DNA of 64,000 nucleotides from an uncultured Chitinophagaceae bacterium (GTDB lineage Bacteria > Bacteroidota > Bacteroidia > Chitinophagales > Chitinophagaceae), in the NCBI GenBank assembly GCA_937981995.1, contig CALJNC010000028.1, positions 2,444 through 66,443 of the forward strand, written 5' to 3'. A model generated the notes under the pieces. That model did not search any database. It was not told where the DNA came from and was given only the letters and a program-made list of their open reading frames with translations. Made by a program: the position numbers and the translations under genes. The number at the start of each line of letters is the position of its first letter. Position 1 is the first letter of the stretch. Below, one piece after another: positions 46,276-53,261 of the stretch.

Positions 46276-46782
46276 TTAATAAACTTTTATCCAGCCGTAT
46301 TGCGTGATAATACAGGACATAATGGTTAGGCAAATTGCCCAGTAGCCCGTGTAAACCAAAAAGTATCGAAATGACTTATGTTCGAAAATGGTCACATAGC
46401 CAATAATGGGTACTACAAAGGCCAGCGTTCCCAGGAATAGTCCATGACCGATACCATGTGTCCAATTCGTAAAATTGTTGCCATATTCCCGCATAAAGGC
46501 AAGCCCCGTTCCCGTCTTCAATAATTCAGGATTTCCGCCAACGATTCCTAATATATGTGTGCCATGAACAGTTACGATAAAGATGCCAAAGGCGATAAAG
46601 AAGTTGAGTAAGAGAGTGAGTGCCATGAGTCCTGGCTTGATCTTTTTCTTGCCTTGTTCGTCAGTTAGTCCGCTTACTTTTTTCCAATAGTCACCGCCAA
46701 AGGTTTTAGGGTGAAACCAGACGAAGCCGATAAAGAAAGGTATCAAAGCGCATAATGCGATTACTAAAATGTTTGGTGCCAT
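46276..46782 (-). CDS. DUF1761-family membrane protein
   Basis: 168 aa, four TM segments, with the FIGFVWFHPKTFG start typical of DUF1761. Confidence 0.65.
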   Translation of the reverse strand: MAPNILVIALCALIPFFIGFVWFHPKTFGGDYWKKVSGLTDEQGKKKIKPGLMALTLLLNFFIAFGIFIVTVHGTHILGIVGGNPELLKTGTGLAFMREYGNNFTNWTHGIGHGLFLGTLAFVVPIIGYVTIFEHKSFRYFLVYTGYWAICLTIMSCIITQYGWIKVY

Positions 46783-46831
46783 AATGTGTTGTTTTATTTT
46801 TTAAAGGATAAGTTTTAGTTGAATTTTTATT

Positions 46832-47284
46832 TTAAACTCCAAATTGAGTTAAGTGATGATCAACATGCTTATAAACCCATCTGCTAATTTGATCCGTATT
46901 CATTTTACCATAAAATGGGTGCTTGAAATTAGCATAATCTTCTTCAGTTTTTGTAGGATATTGAGCTAATGTATTTATCCAACGTTGTTTTTGTTCTTCA
47001 ATATTGCCAACGCCTGTTGGTTTAAGGTCTGGGTGCGTTGGACTGTTTGGCTTTAGTGGATTATCGTTTTTGATATTTGCTTTTAAAGACATTTTACCAA
47101 AGATTTTTCCTATCCATACAGGTTTAAAGTTTCTTACTAGCGTCATCATTTCCTCATTATCTGCGCAATGTACTAGCATTTGATAAAGGTTCATCTTGCC
47201 CCATTGAGCTTGTTCGTTGCCACTTAAGTTGTTGATTCTTGCGGTTAATTCATTTACTGTTTGTTGTTCAAATATGTTTTTCAT
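46832..47284 (-). CDS. DUF1569 (DinB-fold) protein
   Basis: 150 aa; QMLVHC...HPFYGKMN...KHVDHHLTQFG pattern. Confidence 0.65.
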   Translation of the reverse strand: MKNIFEQQTVNELTARINNLSGNEQAQWGKMNLYQMLVHCADNEEMMTLVRNFKPVWIGKIFGKMSLKANIKNDNPLKPNSPTHPDLKPTGVGNIEEQKQRWINTLAQYPTKTEEDYANFKHPFYGKMNTDQISRWVYKHVDHHLTQFGV

Positions 47285-47305
47285 AATTATTCTTTTTATA
47301 CTAGA

Positions 47306-47335
47306 ATAACGAACAGCAATAAATGAATAGGACAG
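47306..47335 (-). promoter_or_regulatory. ECF-type promoter motif, copy B (CTGTCC-N18-CGTTAT)
   Basis: Minus strand reads CTGTCCTATTCATTTATTGCTGTTCGTTAT, 22 nt upstream of the DUF1569 ATG. A 21-nt block GCTGTTCGTTATTCTAGTATA is identical to copy C. Confidence 0.55.
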
Positions 47336-47375
47336 CTCGGTAAATATTTTTTAGAAAAAAAAAGACTAGTGCGGC

Positions 47376-48143
47376 CTAAGGCCTTTGTTTTATTGATTTA
47401 GAGTCGCTAAATAAATTTGAATTATTTAAAATAAATTCTAAAATAGGACGGCATTTGTCTGTACAAGCAGCGTAGTAGGCTTTGTGGATTCGTTGCATGC
47501 TTTTGGGCGTTTGGCCCCACCAAAATTCTGCCAAAGCAATGGGTTTTAGCTTATTGGCAAAAGCATAATGTAACAATTTTGGTGCTGCACACTCGCCTGT
47601 AGCAGAGGGCGGATAACCATACTGACCATCCTTAAATATTTCTATTACATTTTTAGTTTGACCAAGTCGGTTTACAAATCTAGTTTCTTCAAACAGTCTT
47701 TTCTGAAGTGAAATAGAAAGCGCTTTTCTTTTAGCCTTGAGCTTTAGAATTATCGATTCTTCTTTCTTTTCTTTTATTTCTAATCCTAAATTTGCTATCT
47801 CTGTTAAACCTTCAGAAATAAATAAATCATTCTGTGCCTCATTAAAAATGCTAGGAATCATTTTGTTATCTAAGGCACCAGAGGCTAGAGTTCCTGAAAC
47901 AGCGCCTAAATATGCCAATGACTTATTTTCTTGCTGCACCACCAACACCCCAAACATTTTTCCTTTTTGAGAGCTGAAATCATAATTCCATTTTTCAGAT
48001 GCTTGCTCAATATAAGTTTGGAGTTCTTCGGTAGCCCGTTGAGCTGCCTCTGGAACATTCGATTCAAATGGATTGTTTAATTCTTTGGGGATCTCTACGT
48101 TGGAGAGGTCTGTTTTGAAATTGAAAATGAGTCGCCTATCCAT
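47376..48143 (-). CDS. Conserved hypothetical protein with GKMFGVLVV and GECAAPKLL / CTDKC motifs
   Basis: 255 aa. From memory it resembles the N-terminal extension of long RluA-family pseudouridine synthases, but no synthase domain is present here. Confidence 0.45.
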   Translation of the reverse strand: MDRRLIFNFKTDLSNVEIPKELNNPFESNVPEAAQRATEELQTYIEQASEKWNYDFSSQKGKMFGVLVVQQENKSLAYLGAVSGTLASGALDNKMIPSIFNEAQNDLFISEGLTEIANLGLEIKEKKEESIILKLKAKRKALSISLQKRLFEETRFVNRLGQTKNVIEIFKDGQYGYPPSATGECAAPKLLHYAFANKLKPIALAEFWWGQTPKSMQRIHKAYYAACTDKCRPILEFILNNSNLFSDSKSIKQRP

Positions 48144-48612
48144 AAGTTGGTTTCAAAATCAGTTTCTTAATAAGAGCAATCTGTCCTAAGTGATAATGTG
48201 TATGTTCAATAAGGCCTTGAAGATTTCTATAGTAGGAGCCATATTTTTCTTCTTCAAAAAAAGCTTGAAGTTTTTCTTCTGGTAATTTTTTAATCAGCTG
48301 AATAAAGTTTTCTGCCTCTTTAAAAATACTCTTTTTCCAATCTTGCCAATCCGCTTCCGAGCTGAACTTCGGGTGCTCAAAGCTTTCGGAGTCTTTTGCG
48401 TTTAAGGGCTCTCCACTGAGGACTTGTGTTTGTGCTAAGACGAAATAATGGATGTGATAAACCAGCGTAGCAATTGTATTCAAATCCTCAATTTGAGCAG
48501 TAGCCATTTTTAGGTCTACATCTTGTAGTTGATCTTTTAAATTAGCGCAAGTCCAATTGCCACCGAAATAAACACCTTTGAAATGATCTGCTATTTGTTC
48601 TGGATAATTCAT
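48136..48612 (-). CDS. DinB-family (four-helix bundle) protein
   Basis: 158 aa; FGGNW..NL...L, LVYHIHYF and EHTHYHLGQI His-containing helices. Confidence 0.7.
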   Translation of the reverse strand: MNYPEQIADHFKGVYFGGNWTCANLKDQLQDVDLKMATAQIEDLNTIATLVYHIHYFVLAQTQVLSGEPLNAKDSESFEHPKFSSEADWQDWKKSIFKEAENFIQLIKKLPEEKLQAFFEEEKYGSYYRNLQGLIEHTHYHLGQIALIKKLILKPTYG

Positions 48613-48931
48613 TTTGTTGTTTTAAAGGGAAGGTAAACTCTAAACTAAGGTCCAATAATTTTTTATAGTGCTTTTTATAAGTGATAGGCACTTGTAGCCA
48701 ATCCTTCATTGCTCGTCCTTTACCCGAAGGGTCAAAGTTTTTTGTTTCGGGCATGCTGAGCTTTCGCTCTTCAGTTGCTTCTTTACCAATTTTGAAAACA
48801 ATTTCATTTTCAAAAAATATAATAAATGCCTTCTTGTTCAGCTTGCCGCATGCTTTGCCAAATAGTTGGCCTAATTCTGCGCCTTCGATTTGGCTAATTA
48901 ATTCTGTAAACAGATTTTCTGCTTGAGACAT
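48542..48931 (-). CDS. Small protein, possibly TfoX_N/YjbR-like; its 3' end overlaps the next gene by 71 nt
   Basis: FGKACGKLNKKAFIIFFENEIVFKIG...GRAMKDWLQVP pattern. The tail beyond about residue 100 is of doubtful authenticity. Confidence 0.4.
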   Translation of the reverse strand: MSQAENLFTELISQIEGAELGQLFGKACGKLNKKAFIIFFENEIVFKIGKEATEERKLSMPETKNFDPSGKGRAMKDWLQVPITYKKHYKKLLDLSLEFTFPLKQQNELSRTNSRSFQRCLFRWQLDLR

Positions 48932-48946
48932 GAGATAAAAGTAAAT

Positions 48947-48987
48947 AAAAAAAAGATGTCGCGCTTAGCTTCTGTAAGCGCGACATC
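48947..48987 (-). terminator. Rho-independent terminator after YCII paralog 2
   Basis: gatgtcgcgctta-(7 nt)-taagcgcgacatc 13-bp perfect stem, followed on the minus strand by T8. Confidence 0.8.
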
Positions 48988-49001
48988 TAAATTTTTCAAA
49001 T

Positions 49002-49040
49002 TCAATTGACAGATTTCGACAAGCTCAATCTGACAATTGA
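49002..49040. repeat. 13-bp imperfect inverted repeat immediately after the YCII paralog-2 stop
   Basis: tcaattgacagat-(13 nt)-atctgacaattga, one mismatch. Confidence 0.5.
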
Positions 49041-49049
49041 TAGGGTTCG

Positions 49050-49400
49050 TTACATATCAGGAATCTCCATAAATTCACGAACTTCTACTTTTCCGCCATA
49101 GCCTAAAGTAGGGCATCCTTCGGTTAGTTTGATGGCATCTTCCAGACTATCAGTTTTACAGATTAAATAGCCACCAACCATTTCTTTTACTTCGGCATAA
49201 GGTCCGTCTGTAACCACGCCACTGGCGTCTACTGTAGCACCTACAGGCGTAAGAGCATTGGTAGATACAAATTTGCCTTGGCCTGCAATCCCGCCTATCC
49301 ATTCTTGCCATTGTGCAACCATAGCTTGCATTTGCTCAGGAGAAGGTGCTTGATCATTTGTTGTGTTTTCGCTGTGAAACAGCATCATAAATTCTTTCAT
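49050..49400 (-). CDS. YCII-related / DGPF-domain protein (paralog 2)
   Basis: 116 aa: MKEFMMLFHSE..., DGPYAEVKEMVGGYLICKTDSLEDAIKLTEGCP. Confidence 0.8.
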   Translation of the reverse strand: MKEFMMLFHSENTTNDQAPSPEQMQAMVAQWQEWIGGIAGQGKFVSTNALTPVGATVDASGVVTDGPYAEVKEMVGGYLICKTDSLEDAIKLTEGCPTLGYGGKVEVREFMEIPDM

Positions 49401-49431
49401 GTTTTTAAGTTTTTATTGTTTGTATACTAGA

Positions 49432-49461
49432 ATAACGAACAGCTTGATTTGAATAGGACAA
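49432..49461 (-). promoter_or_regulatory. ECF-type promoter motif, copy C (TTGTCC-N18-CGTTAT)
   Basis: Minus strand reads TTGTCCTATTCAAATCAAGCTGTTCGTTAT, 32 nt upstream of the YCII paralog-2 ATG. Confidence 0.55.
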
Positions 49462-49524
49462 ATTAAATAAAAAAAATGAAATATTTTTTATAAATGCTTA
49501 TTCTTAGCGGGTTATAGGCTTTAA

Positions 49525-49881
49525 TTATTTTTTCTTTCGCTTCTTACTCCGCTTAGCCAAAGGGTTAAATTCAAGGCATTTTCCAATCCAGAACGCTAAA
49601 TCTTCGTCTAAATCATAAGCGTCGGGTTCAATATGTAAGAAACCTTTCATGATTCTTTTGTTTGGCCCCATGGTCATTTGTTCAGCGCCTTCTTTTTTAG
49701 TAAGTGCTAAGGCCTCATCCGGATTTACTCTGGCCATTAAGCCACCTTGATAGGTTCCAAAACACATTTTGTCATCTACCATAAAGCAGTAGCCGCCAAA
49801 CATTTTCTTTTCTTCCCAAAGGATAGATTTTTGTTGGAGTAAATTTCTTAAGCGGTCTAAAAAGAATTCGTCAACTTGCAT
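49525..49881 (-). CDS. TfoX N-terminal-domain protein
   Basis: KKMFGGYCFMVDDKMCFG...GLMARV pattern. The ATG at 49881 is preferred over the TTG at 49890. Confidence 0.6.
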   Translation of the reverse strand: MQVDEFFLDRLRNLLQQKSILWEEKKMFGGYCFMVDDKMCFGTYQGGLMARVNPDEALALTKKEGAEQMTMGPNKRIMKGFLHIEPDAYDLDEDLAFWIGKCLEFNPLAKRSKKRKKK

Positions 49882-49951
49882 AAAGTTCAAAAATAATCAA
49901 GTATTGTTAGGATCACGAATAGCAATTCAGGAATGCCTTTGAAAAGCAACT

Positions 49952-49978
49952 AAAAACTCAAAACGAAAAACTCAAAAC
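49952..49978. repeat. Tandem 13-mer (aaaaactcaaaac x2, separated by 1 nt) abutting the helicase stop codon
   Basis: Read directly: 49952-49964 and 49966-49978 are identical. Confidence 0.7.
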
Positions 49979-51306
49979 TACTTCGCAATCTGAATCTTAA
50001 TCTTTTTGCCTTTGAGTCGTTGATCTTTAATTAAGTGCATCGTATGTCCAACCTTAGAACGGCGAATGGCAACAAAAGAAAAGAAATCTTTTACCTCGAT
50101 TAGTCCAATATCTTCTTTTCGTAAGTCTCCACGATTGCCAAAGAAACCAACAATGTCTACTTTGTTTACTTTGTTCTTTTTACCAGCATGGATAAATACG
50201 GTTGTCCATTCGGCTTTATCCGGTTGGTCTGGGTCTTCTGCTAGATTAATGGTTTCAATCGTATCGGGAACAAAATCGGGAAATTTTTCTTCTTCACTTT
50301 GTATTAGAATGACACTACCACTTGCGTCCATACGAGCTGTACGACCATTGCGATGCGTAAAGGTATCTTCGGTAAAGGGTAAATGATAATGTATGATATT
50401 GCGCACATGCGCAATGTCTAATCCACGAGCGGCCAAATCTGTACAAACTAAAAACGGCACACTGCCACTTTTAAATTTAAACAAATTCATATCTCTATCG
50501 CGTTGCTCAATAGCACCATGATAAAAAACATTTTGGATGTATTTTTCTTTCAGCAACTCACTCACACGTTCCACACTTTCTCTATGATTACAAAAGATAA
50601 TACTAGAGCGCGCTCCAAAATGACAGAGTAATTTATATAAAGTTTCCACTTTGTCTTTATTCGGAGAAATTACTTTCTTATAATCTATACCCAGCGACTC
50701 CGTAATGTATTCTTCTAAGAAGTTTACTTCAAAGGGGTCTTTGAGTGAAACGAAATTTGGGTATTTTTTAATATTAGTTGCAGAACAAAGAATTTGCTTT
50801 TTTATATTTTTTAAAGAAGAAACAATGAATTCCATTTCTTCTTCAAAACCTAATTCTAAGGATTTATCAAATTCATCTAGGACTAAAGTATGAATTGTAT
50901 CGAGTTGTAGATTTCCTCTTCGAATATGGTCGCATAATCTACCCGCTGTCCCTACAATCACACTCGGCGCGTCAATCAAATTATTTTCTTCAATCTCTCG
51001 TTTGTGTCCTCCATAGCAGGCTGTGAGTTTTAAGCCTGTTCGTAGAGATCGGAATACTTGCTCAATCTGTTGTGCTAATTCACGAGAAGGAACAATGATT
51101 AATGCTTGTGTTTCTCTAGGCTTGTCTTCCAGTTGATTTAATACTGCCAATAGAAAAGCTACCGTTTTACCACTTCCTGTTTTAGAAAGTAGCAAAATGT
51201 CACCATTATCCTTGCTTACATCCAAGGATTGCTCCTGCATTTCATTGAGTTTATCAAAACCCAAATACTGTACAATCTCTTTAACGTCAAACTTAAATTT
51301 TGGCAT
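49978..51306 (-). CDS. DExD-box RNA helicase with a DbpA-type C-terminal RNA-binding domain
   Basis: SKTGSGKT, DEFD (motif II variant), SAT, HRNGRTAR. The C-terminal VDIVGFFGNRG...IGLIEVKDFFSFVAI resembles the DbpA RBD. The ATG at 51306 is preferred over the TTG at 51336. Confidence 0.88.
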   Translation of the reverse strand: MPKFKFDVKEIVQYLGFDKLNEMQEQSLDVSKDNGDILLLSKTGSGKTVAFLLAVLNQLEDKPRETQALIIVPSRELAQQIEQVFRSLRTGLKLTACYGGHKREIEENNLIDAPSVIVGTAGRLCDHIRRGNLQLDTIHTLVLDEFDKSLELGFEEEMEFIVSSLKNIKKQILCSATNIKKYPNFVSLKDPFEVNFLEEYITESLGIDYKKVISPNKDKVETLYKLLCHFGARSSIIFCNHRESVERVSELLKEKYIQNVFYHGAIEQRDRDMNLFKFKSGSVPFLVCTDLAARGLDIAHVRNIIHYHLPFTEDTFTHRNGRTARMDASGSVILIQSEEEKFPDFVPDTIETINLAEDPDQPDKAEWTTVFIHAGKKNKVNKVDIVGFFGNRGDLRKEDIGLIEVKDFFSFVAIRRSKVGHTMHLIKDQRLKGKKIKIQIAK

Positions 51307-51439
51307 AGCACGAAAGTACGATTTACTAATCTCCAAAATTGCGCTTAGGTTAAATTAAATAGTAAAACTACTTGAGGCTCTAAATGATATATTGAGTCTA
51401 ATAATTATAGTTTGATTCAATTACCAATAGGGTAAGCAA

Positions 51440-52804
51440 TTAACGCTTCTTGTTTTTTCTTTTGGTGTTCAGGATTTTGTCGCCTCGCCTAATTGGTTTT
51501 TTGTATTTCTGCTTAAGCTTTTTTTCGTAGGATTTGATAGTGCTTTTAGCTCGTGTGTTTTTGGGTGGCTGTTTTTTAAAGGTGTCCTGCTCGGAATGCT
51601 CTTCTAAGCTATCTAACTCTTCTTGTAGGCGGTTTACTTCTTTTGGCTTTTCTTCAGGTGTAAGATCAGTGCTAATTTCTACTTCGGCTGGGAATGCATT
51701 TTGAGGTATTGAGTAGTTCATTAAATTTTCAATCGCCTCTTTGTGTGTTATTTCTTTCTCATTATAAAAAAGCAAGGATAGACCTTGTTTGCCAGCTCGT
51801 CCTGTACGACCTATACGGTGCATATAATTTTCGGAGTAGAATGGTGTATCAAAACTTACAACGGTACTTATATCTTCTATATCTATACCACGGGCAATTA
51901 CATCGGTTGCAATTAAAATTCGGCTACTGCCGTTTTCAAAACTATCAATAGAATTTGTTCTATGATTTTGTTCTTTACTGGCATGTATTACAGCAATTTC
52001 TGATTGGTAGCTTAAGGTTTCAGCTAGTCTGTCAGCGTCTGTTTTTCTTCCAACAAAAACTAATACTTTATGGTGTGTTTTTTTATCTTGTAGTATATAA
52101 TCGAGCAGATTGGCCTTAGTGTAAAAATTAGGCGCAGCATAACATGACTGACTAATGTTTTCCAAGGGCGTGCCGCTAAGTGCAATGGTTTTTTTAGTAG
52201 GGTTTATTAAAAATTCACTCATTAATTCATCTACATAGCTCGTCATTGTAGCGGAAAATAGAATGTTTTGCCTCTTGCTAGGTAAGTACTCAAAAATATT
52301 TTTGAGCTGTGTTTTGTAGCCAAAATCAAGCATGATATCTACCTCATCTATTACAAGTTTCTTTATTGATTTTAAACGTAGCACATTTGATAATGCTAAG
52401 TCATATAGCCTTCTTGGTGTCCCTACTATTATATCCAGGCCTTCTGCTACGGCTCTTTTTTGCGCTTTAATGTTACTGCTACCTCCGTATACACCTGCTA
52501 CCCTTACCGTCATGTAAGCGCATAATTTTTCTATTTCTTCTACTATTTGAATAACTAACTCACGTGTAGGCGCAAGTATGATTACCCTTGGCTGATCTTG
52601 TTCGGAATATTTTAACTCCTGTAATATGGGTAGGAGATAGGCAATGGTTTTACCGGTTCCGGTTTGGGCAATGCCTACAAAATCCGTTCCACCCAAAATG
52701 GACGTATAAGAAGCTTCTTGTATGGGAGTAGACTCCTCAAAGCCTAAATCATCAAGTGCATTTTTTAATTGAGTTCTTATTTTAAAATCTTCAAAACGAT
52801 TCAC
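51440..52804 (-). CDS. DExD-box RNA helicase (RhlE-like) with a basic C-terminal tail
   Basis: TPIQ, AQTGTGKT, DEVD (motif II variant), SAT, HRIGRTGRAG, then a Lys/Arg-rich tail. GTG start. Confidence 0.9.
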   Translation of the reverse strand: MNRFEDFKIRTQLKNALDDLGFEESTPIQEASYTSILGGTDFVGIAQTGTGKTIAYLLPILQELKYSEQDQPRVIILAPTRELVIQIVEEIEKLCAYMTVRVAGVYGGSSNIKAQKRAVAEGLDIIVGTPRRLYDLALSNVLRLKSIKKLVIDEVDIMLDFGYKTQLKNIFEYLPSKRQNILFSATMTSYVDELMSEFLINPTKKTIALSGTPLENISQSCYAAPNFYTKANLLDYILQDKKTHHKVLVFVGRKTDADRLAETLSYQSEIAVIHASKEQNHRTNSIDSFENGSSRILIATDVIARGIDIEDISTVVSFDTPFYSENYMHRIGRTGRAGKQGLSLLFYNEKEITHKEAIENLMNYSIPQNAFPAEVEISTDLTPEEKPKEVNRLQEELDSLEEHSEQDTFKKQPPKNTRAKSTIKSYEKKLKQKYKKPIRRGDKILNTKRKNKKR

Positions 52805-52871
52805 ACTGTAAAGTAATTAAGAAAAAAGGGTTAGCACGTATTTTTAAGCTACTTATAATTGAGGCTTTGTT

Positions 52872-53216
52872 TTAATTCCACCATACAGCATAGTTTTTTC
52901 TTCTTAATTCAAGGCCCAATGCTTTTTCCAATGCTAATGCCCTGGCTCGAGACCTAACGGGTTTAATGTGACTAGATAAGCTTGATCGTATGTATAATCC
53001 GTATTTCTCTACTATGCTGGCAGATAATTTAAAACCTTTTTTGCTTCGCGCACCCGTTTTGTGTTGCTTAAAACGTTCTTGTGGTGTTTTACTTGTCATA
53101 CCCACATACAAGCATTCAAGCACGCCATTAAATTGTGGATTGGCCTCTCGGAATTTTCTGTTTTCAGAAAAAACTTTTTTATCAAGCTCAATAACGTAGA
53201 TATGATAAATGGCCAT
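52872..53216 (-). CDS. Small GIY-YIG-like protein (tentative)
   Basis: 114 aa. HIYVIEL...LYVGMTSKTPQERFKQH...E...N spacing resembles the GIY / YIG / R / E / N pattern. Confidence 0.45.
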   Translation of the reverse strand: MAIYHIYVIELDKKVFSENRKFREANPQFNGVLECLYVGMTSKTPQERFKQHKTGARSKKGFKLSASIVEKYGLYIRSSLSSHIKPVRSRARALALEKALGLELRRKNYAVWWN

Positions 53217-53261
53217 GTTATTATATTATTTCTCCTTTTAATGAAGTGCGTTTTGTAATAA

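Noticed and set aside
47354-47383. A10/T10 run plus a GGCC-TAA-GGCC mini-palindrome after the 47376-48143 gene as a terminator.
   Set aside because: The stem is only 4 bp and is separated from the T-run by 9 nt. This is not a convincing intrinsic terminator.
49911-49923. A possible fourth copy of the ECF-like promoter upstream of the TfoX_N-like gene (minus strand GCTATTCGTGATCCTA).
   Set aside because: Only the -10 half resembles the motif (GCTnTTCGTnATnCTA). The position 18 nt upstream reads AAAGG instead of TGTCC. This is too weak to call.
49978-53216. Two tandem helicases plus a GIY-YIG-like ORF as a candidate anti-phage defence module.
   Set aside because: Both helicases have full DExD-box RNA-helicase motif sets. 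One has a DbpA-type rRNA-binding domain and the other an RhlE-type basic tail, which are housekeeping signatures. There are no accessory ATPase, nuclease or effector genes, no mobile-element context, and clear intergenic gaps.
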